Shown piece by piece: positions 49,087 to 53,155 of a stretch of 53,155 nt of DNA (positions within the stretch are counted from its first letter, which is position 1; each line of letters begins with the position of its first letter). Source of the stretch: Sphaeroforma arctica JP610 (lineage: Eukaryota); the NCBI RefSeq assembly GCF_001186125.1, contig NW_014040466.1:44646-97800 (forward strand). Reading direction: 5' to 3'. The notes beneath the pieces were generated by a model. The model was not told where the DNA came from, did no database searches, and worked only from the letters and a program-made list of their open reading frames with translations. The translations under genes and the position numbers were made by a program.

Positions 49087-52000
49087 ATATATATGTATAT
49101 ATATGTGTGTGTATGTGTGTGTGTGTATATATGTGTGTGTATGTATATATATAAGTATGTATATATTATAATCTCTGAGCAGATTATATAGCATTTCCTA
49201 TACCTTATTCGCACATCACAAACACACCAATACTCACTACTTTTTTCTTTTTTTTGCACAGACCCTCCTGTCAGCGGCGCCCACAACACTACCAGGACTC
49301 GAGGGTGTCTCACCGGAAGAAGTGTGTACGTCGCAGCAGTTTGTAGATCTGCTGGGGTCGTATGGGGTCTATTATCCGGATGTGCGATACCACTCGGAAC
49401 CAAACTACTTCGCGATGAGTCCCCCGGGTATAGGTCTGCCCCTGACGGCGCTTGTGCTGTCCGGCTTTGTCTACTTTGGGCTGCTGTTGGCTATTGAATA
49501 CAGGTATGTTGTATATGTATATATGTCTATGTCTATATATATATATATATATATACCTATGGAGTCTGCATACGTCTCCTCAACATATCAAACATAGTAG
49601 GCTGTACTTCCCTTCAACCATGCCAGCCCTTCCATGCTCTCACCCATTTCATATATACCGTATTACGCAGATAAGGAGACTTGGTAATATCTCAAGCGTT
49701 CAAATATGTATACTCCCACGCAAACCGAGTATCTATACCCTCTCGCACAATATCAATCATATCGAGTCTGCATATTCCCCTTAACCCATCAAACGAATTG
49801 ATGAATTCTATATTCTCCTTACCTCATCAATCGTATTGAATCTGTATATTCTCCTTAACTTGTCAAACGTATTGAATCTATATATTCTCCTTAACTTATC
49901 AAACGTATTGAGGTTGTATCCTTCTCTTCAACATATTAATCATGTCGACCTTGTATTCTTTCCCGCAAAGTATCAAACATATACGATATACACACCTCCC
50001 CTCTATCCAATGCCCAACCCTCGCCCCTCTTTCTCACTCTCATACCCACCACGCACCCAACTCACCCACACAATAAACAGTGCACACGCCACAAGCAACA
50101 CAAACGAACAGTTATCAATAATAAACACCCCACAAGCAACACAAACGAACAGTTATCAATAATAAACACCCCACAAGCAACACAAACGAACAGTTATCAA
50201 TAATAAACACCCCACAAGCAACACAAACGAACAGTTATCAATAATAAACACCCCACAAGCAACACAAACGAACAGTTATCAATAACAAACACCCCACAAG
50301 CAACACAAACGAACAGTTATCAATACTAAACACCCCACAAACATCCCACAGATTCTGGCTACCACAGCGAGAGCCTAAGGTCAAGCAGTCGCACCGAGAC
50401 GCACAAGCACAGCTGACGGGTAACTACGAGGATGACGAGGATGTTATGGCTGAGCAGAAACGGGTGGAGGGTAGTGCCATTGATGACGATGTGGTGGTGC
50501 TGCAGGTGGGTGGGTGATTGGCCCAGAGACGCGTATCAGACTGGTTTCTATCTGTTTATGTGCAATGATTGGGTTCTGACTGTTTATTTACAATGATGAC
50601 GATGTGGTGGTGCTGCAAATGGGTGAATGATTGGCCCAGAGAAGCGTATCAGACTGGTTTCTATCTATTTATGTGCAATGATTGGGTTCTGACTGTTTAT
50701 TTACAATGATGGCGATGTGGTGGTGTTGCGGATGGGTGGGTGATTGGCCCTGAGAAGCGTATCAGACTGGTTCCTCACTGTTTGTTTCGAATGCCTGACT
50801 CCTGTTCAATATTCACAATGACGGCGATGTGGTGGTGTTGCGGATGGGTGGGTGATTGGCCCAGAGAAGCGTATCAGACTGGTTCCTCACTGTTTGTTTC
50901 GAATGCCTGACTCCTGTTCAATATTCACAATGACGGCGATGTGGTGGTGCAGCAGAGGTTTGTCCCAGTGAGACATGTCAGACTGCGTTCAAACTGGTTT
51001 TATGTTCACTGGACGCTGTGCTCTATACTTGTACATGCTTTCTGTATACTTGTACGTCTGTTCTATATGCGTGTACGTTCTTTCTGTGTACGGAATAACT
51101 TATTGCGTAATTATTCTTTGCGAAGGACTAGGTCTCAATTGTTAATTTTCTCGTATACCTTTTCTGAGATTCCGTTGTTTGATGACTAAAATAATCTGGT
51201 GTATTCAACACCCGCTGCTAGTCTAGCTATACATACTAATATTCTGCAGAGGGGATTGCCGAGGTTTCGCTTCTGATTTTATTTCGGATTTGTTTTTGAA
51301 TACTGATTATCGCGCTCAGGGCCTCACCAAGCTATACAAGCGGAAGGGAAAGAAACAGCCACCCAAACTAGCGGTAGACGGAGTGACGGTAGGCATGGGC
51401 CGTGCCGAGTGCTTTGGGCTGTTAGGTGTTAATGGTGCAGGAAAGACCACCACATTCAATATGATGACTGGTATGTTTGTGTGTTTATCAGTGCTGGCGT
51501 ATAACACAGTATTTATACACCATGACCAAAATCTAATGGATGGGTGCGCACAGTAGATAGAAATGGCATAGTATTGACATGCATGCCGAACAAATATATA
51601 TATATATATCTATATATATATTGTGAGTAACTTACTTAGTTCACGACCGGTTTAGAGTGAAACACTGTTGTACTTTATATGATCAAATTAGTGTATTAGC
51701 TTACAGAATTGTGAGGACTGATTATCCCTTAACCTTGTCCTATATAGTCTTTCTAGATATTGCCTATCGTCAATCCCCTCTTGTTACTGACACAGCATCC
51801 CTCCGAGTACCCGGCCTTCTCTGTAGTCCGTCACCCGTCATCTATGTATTTTACACTACTTAACACTTCTCGCTACTTTACAGCCTGTGCTCTTGTTCTA
51901 TTAGTAGACATTTACAGCCTCATCATATCTGCAAAACCAATATCACTAGACACACAGCACTGGTATTCCACACTAAAACTAACCCCTCATTCGCCTGAGT

Positions 52001-52531
52001 CATCTTGTATGACTCACTGCTACAGGTGGACCACATACACATTACAATACATATTTTATATATGTATATATATATATATGTGTGTGTGTGTGTTTGTATG
52101 TATACCTGTATCTATATCTATATGTACATATATATATATTTGTTTATATATATATATATATACATATATCCGATTTATATATATCTATATATTCTTTCCC
52201 GTGTGGTGCAGGAGGCATCCCGTATAGATGTACAGCACAGTAATAATACACTATGACCAGAAGCAAATAGATCCGCGAGCATAGTTAAAAGCACCAGCAT
52301 ATTGTATACCTAATATACATATCTCCTTCAACTCTCCCTGCAGGAGCCCATCCCATCACAGCCGGAGATGCCATCATTGGAGGGTACAGTGTGAAACACG
52401 ACATGGAGGATGTACGGCAGCTGATTGGCTACTGCCCGCAGTTTGATGCTCTCATTCCGCTGATGACTGGCCGTGAGACACTGCGGTTCTACGGTAGACT
52501 GCGAGGCATTCCCAAAGACCGCCTGGAAGCG
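27022..52531 (+). CDS. ABC transporter subfamily A (full-size, ABCA3-like), at least 32 exons, 3' end beyond window
   Basis: Exons: 27022-27184, 27332-27415, 28278-28391, 29075-29282, 29559-29718, 30372-30476, 31312-31485, 31897-32015, 32640-32808, 33422-33613, 33871-33957, 35018-35138, 36491-36607, 37320-37513, 38552-38752, 39594-39815, 40200-40309, 40798-40856, 41671-41783, 42457-42603, 43340-43512, 44680-44759, 45099-45212, 45823-46000, 46455-46542, 47398-47507, 47976-48046, 48595-48740, 49262-49503, 50352-50505, 51320-51470, 52344-52531. Phases are consistent. Motifs: [36 protein letters not shown], Walker [63 protein letters not shown], second [16 protein letters not shown] and GYCPQFDAL. 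Confidence 0.95.
27712..28222. repeat. (TA)n-rich microsatellite block in ABCA intron 2
   Basis: Seen directly. Similar blocks at about 29340-29490, 41830-42025, 46040-46250, 47205-47345, 48960-49170 and 52055-52190. Confidence 0.9.
32410..32612. repeat. Minisatellite of about 29 bp (cacactttttcacttacatatactcact), about 7 copies, just upstream of the ABCA exon-9 acceptor
   Basis: Seen directly in the sequence. Confidence 0.85.
33222..33487 (+). repeat. Two decayed upstream copies of the ABCA exon-10 acceptor plus exon start
   Basis: caaattag|gatctggtgataaccatgatgtggctgggcacgttc...ttctacgtc at 33317-33387 duplicates the real junction at 33414-33484; an older copy lies at about 33225. Confidence 0.88.
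36042..36511 (+). repeat. Seven 67-bp tandem units copying the ABCA exon-13 acceptor and the first 21 exon nt
   Basis: AG ends at 36088, 36155, 36222, 36289, 36356, 36423 and 36490 (functional). Confidence 0.95.
36598..37035 (+). repeat. 39-bp tandem array copying the ABCA exon-13 end and donor
   Basis: Unit ttattttcag|gtacatatgctgtttatacttcgattgtg; about 6 well-conserved copies, then decaying ones. Confidence 0.93.
38873..39285. mobile_element. Foldback/MITE-like element with 140-bp inverted arms, inserted in a TA microsatellite (ABCA intron 15)
   Basis: 38873-39012 is the near-perfect reverse complement of 39146-39285. An N gap at 39103-39122 has duplicated sequence on either side. Confidence 0.75.
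41021..41144. repeat. Four 29-bp tandem units (acgtagatacagattatacacacccgcag)
   Basis: Seen directly in the sequence. Confidence 0.92.
42603..42836 (+). repeat. About six 37-41-bp tandem units starting at the ABCA exon-20 donor
   Basis: Unit g|gtatatataca(a)cgtgtgtatgtagcttctcctgtggag. Confidence 0.9.
43948..44492 (+). mobile_element. 440-bp TG...CA element (solo-LTR-like) followed by an inverted copy of its first about 105 bp
   Basis: 43948-44387 begins TGTAATATGGG and ends TTACTCACA. 44387-44492 is the reverse complement of 43948-44053. Flanked by (TA)n; a homologous copy lies at 51622-52046. Confidence 0.7.
50088..50341. repeat. About six 41-bp tandem units ending about 10 nt before the ABCA exon-30 acceptor
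   Basis: Unit ccccacaagcaacacaaacgaacagttatcaataataaaca. Confidence 0.93.
50482..50955 (+). repeat. 112-113-bp tandem units copying the last 24 nt of ABCA exon 30 and its donor region
   Basis: Units start at 50482, 50595, 50708, 50820 and 50932 (last one partial). Confidence 0.92.
51622..52046 (-). mobile_element. Second, diverged, inverted copy of the 440-bp TG...CA element
   Basis: tgtgagtaacttacttagttcacgaccggtttagagtgaaaca... matches the reverse complement of 44281-44387. The end ...gtggaccacatacacattaca matches the reverse complement of 43948-43970. Flanked by (TA)n. Confidence 0.72.
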
Positions 52532-53155
52532 GTGTGTACTCGAGCACTTGTGTGTGTGTGTGATTTGTATGTATGTTGTGTATATGTGTATATGCATATA
52601 CGTTGTTTGTGTGTTTGTATCCATGTGTATATGTATATCTCCGTATATGTACATATATGTATATGTGTATATCTTAATATTCGTATTAATATGGTGCCAT
52701 GTGTTTTATACACTTCAGTGCCTTAAATACTTTTTTACTGGGGCTTGCCCAAGAACTGCCTTGTCTCAAACACGTTTAGTGTGTGTATATATTCGTATTC
52801 GTATTTATGGTGTAGTGTGTTATATACACTTCAGTACATTATATACTGTTTGCTTTGATGGTATAGGTTTCGCATAGGCTACAACGCCTCACTGCCATTT
52901 GCACGTGCTTCAAATCTATTAACCCTAAATCCTAATTTGAACGTGCAAACATCGACCGTGTATTCGCTTGATTGTTTTCTTGTTGGACTGTGCTATGAAT
53001 CGGCGACCAAAAATTGCGAACATTGAATTGAAGAAAAGGACTTGTTCGTTGTTAAAGTATGCGGAAGTTATAAGGACACTAAGTTAGGACTACCACTCTT
53101 TTGGAAGGGTTGAGCTATATCGAAGGTCGCTGAACGACACTTTTATATGCATCCC

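Overview
Eukaryotic genomic DNA, rich in introns and (TA)n/(CA)n/(TACA)n microsatellites, with two N gaps. Metazoan-like SBP2 and ABCA motifs together with a P3A H+-ATPase and a cysteine synthase suggest a unicellular holozoan such as an ichthyosporean; this host assignment is inference only. I reconstructed four spliced genes by hand using GT-AG junctions and phase checks. (1) Plasma-membrane P3A H+-ATPase: +, 5645-9581, 3 exons, 1053 aa, green-algal-like sequence type. (2) PLP-dependent cysteine synthase: -, 15859-10367, 7 exons, 443 aa, probable mitochondrial presequence. (3) SECIS-binding protein 2, transcribed divergently from the cysteine synthase: +, about 16808-25140, about 1324 aa. 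It has a K-rich SID motif, an internal PAM2-like motif, an L7Ae domain and an unexpected C-terminal GOLD domain in the same exon as the end of L7Ae. (4) Full-size ABCA transporter: +, 27022 to beyond the window, at least 32 exons. Non-coding highlights: tandem arrays that copy the adjacent splice site plus exon edge (with the copied donors destroyed in one array), foldback or solo-LTR-like inserts in TA microsatellites, and scattered TTTAGGG telomere-like tracts in introns. Most ORFs in the supplied track are microsatellite or antisense artefacts.
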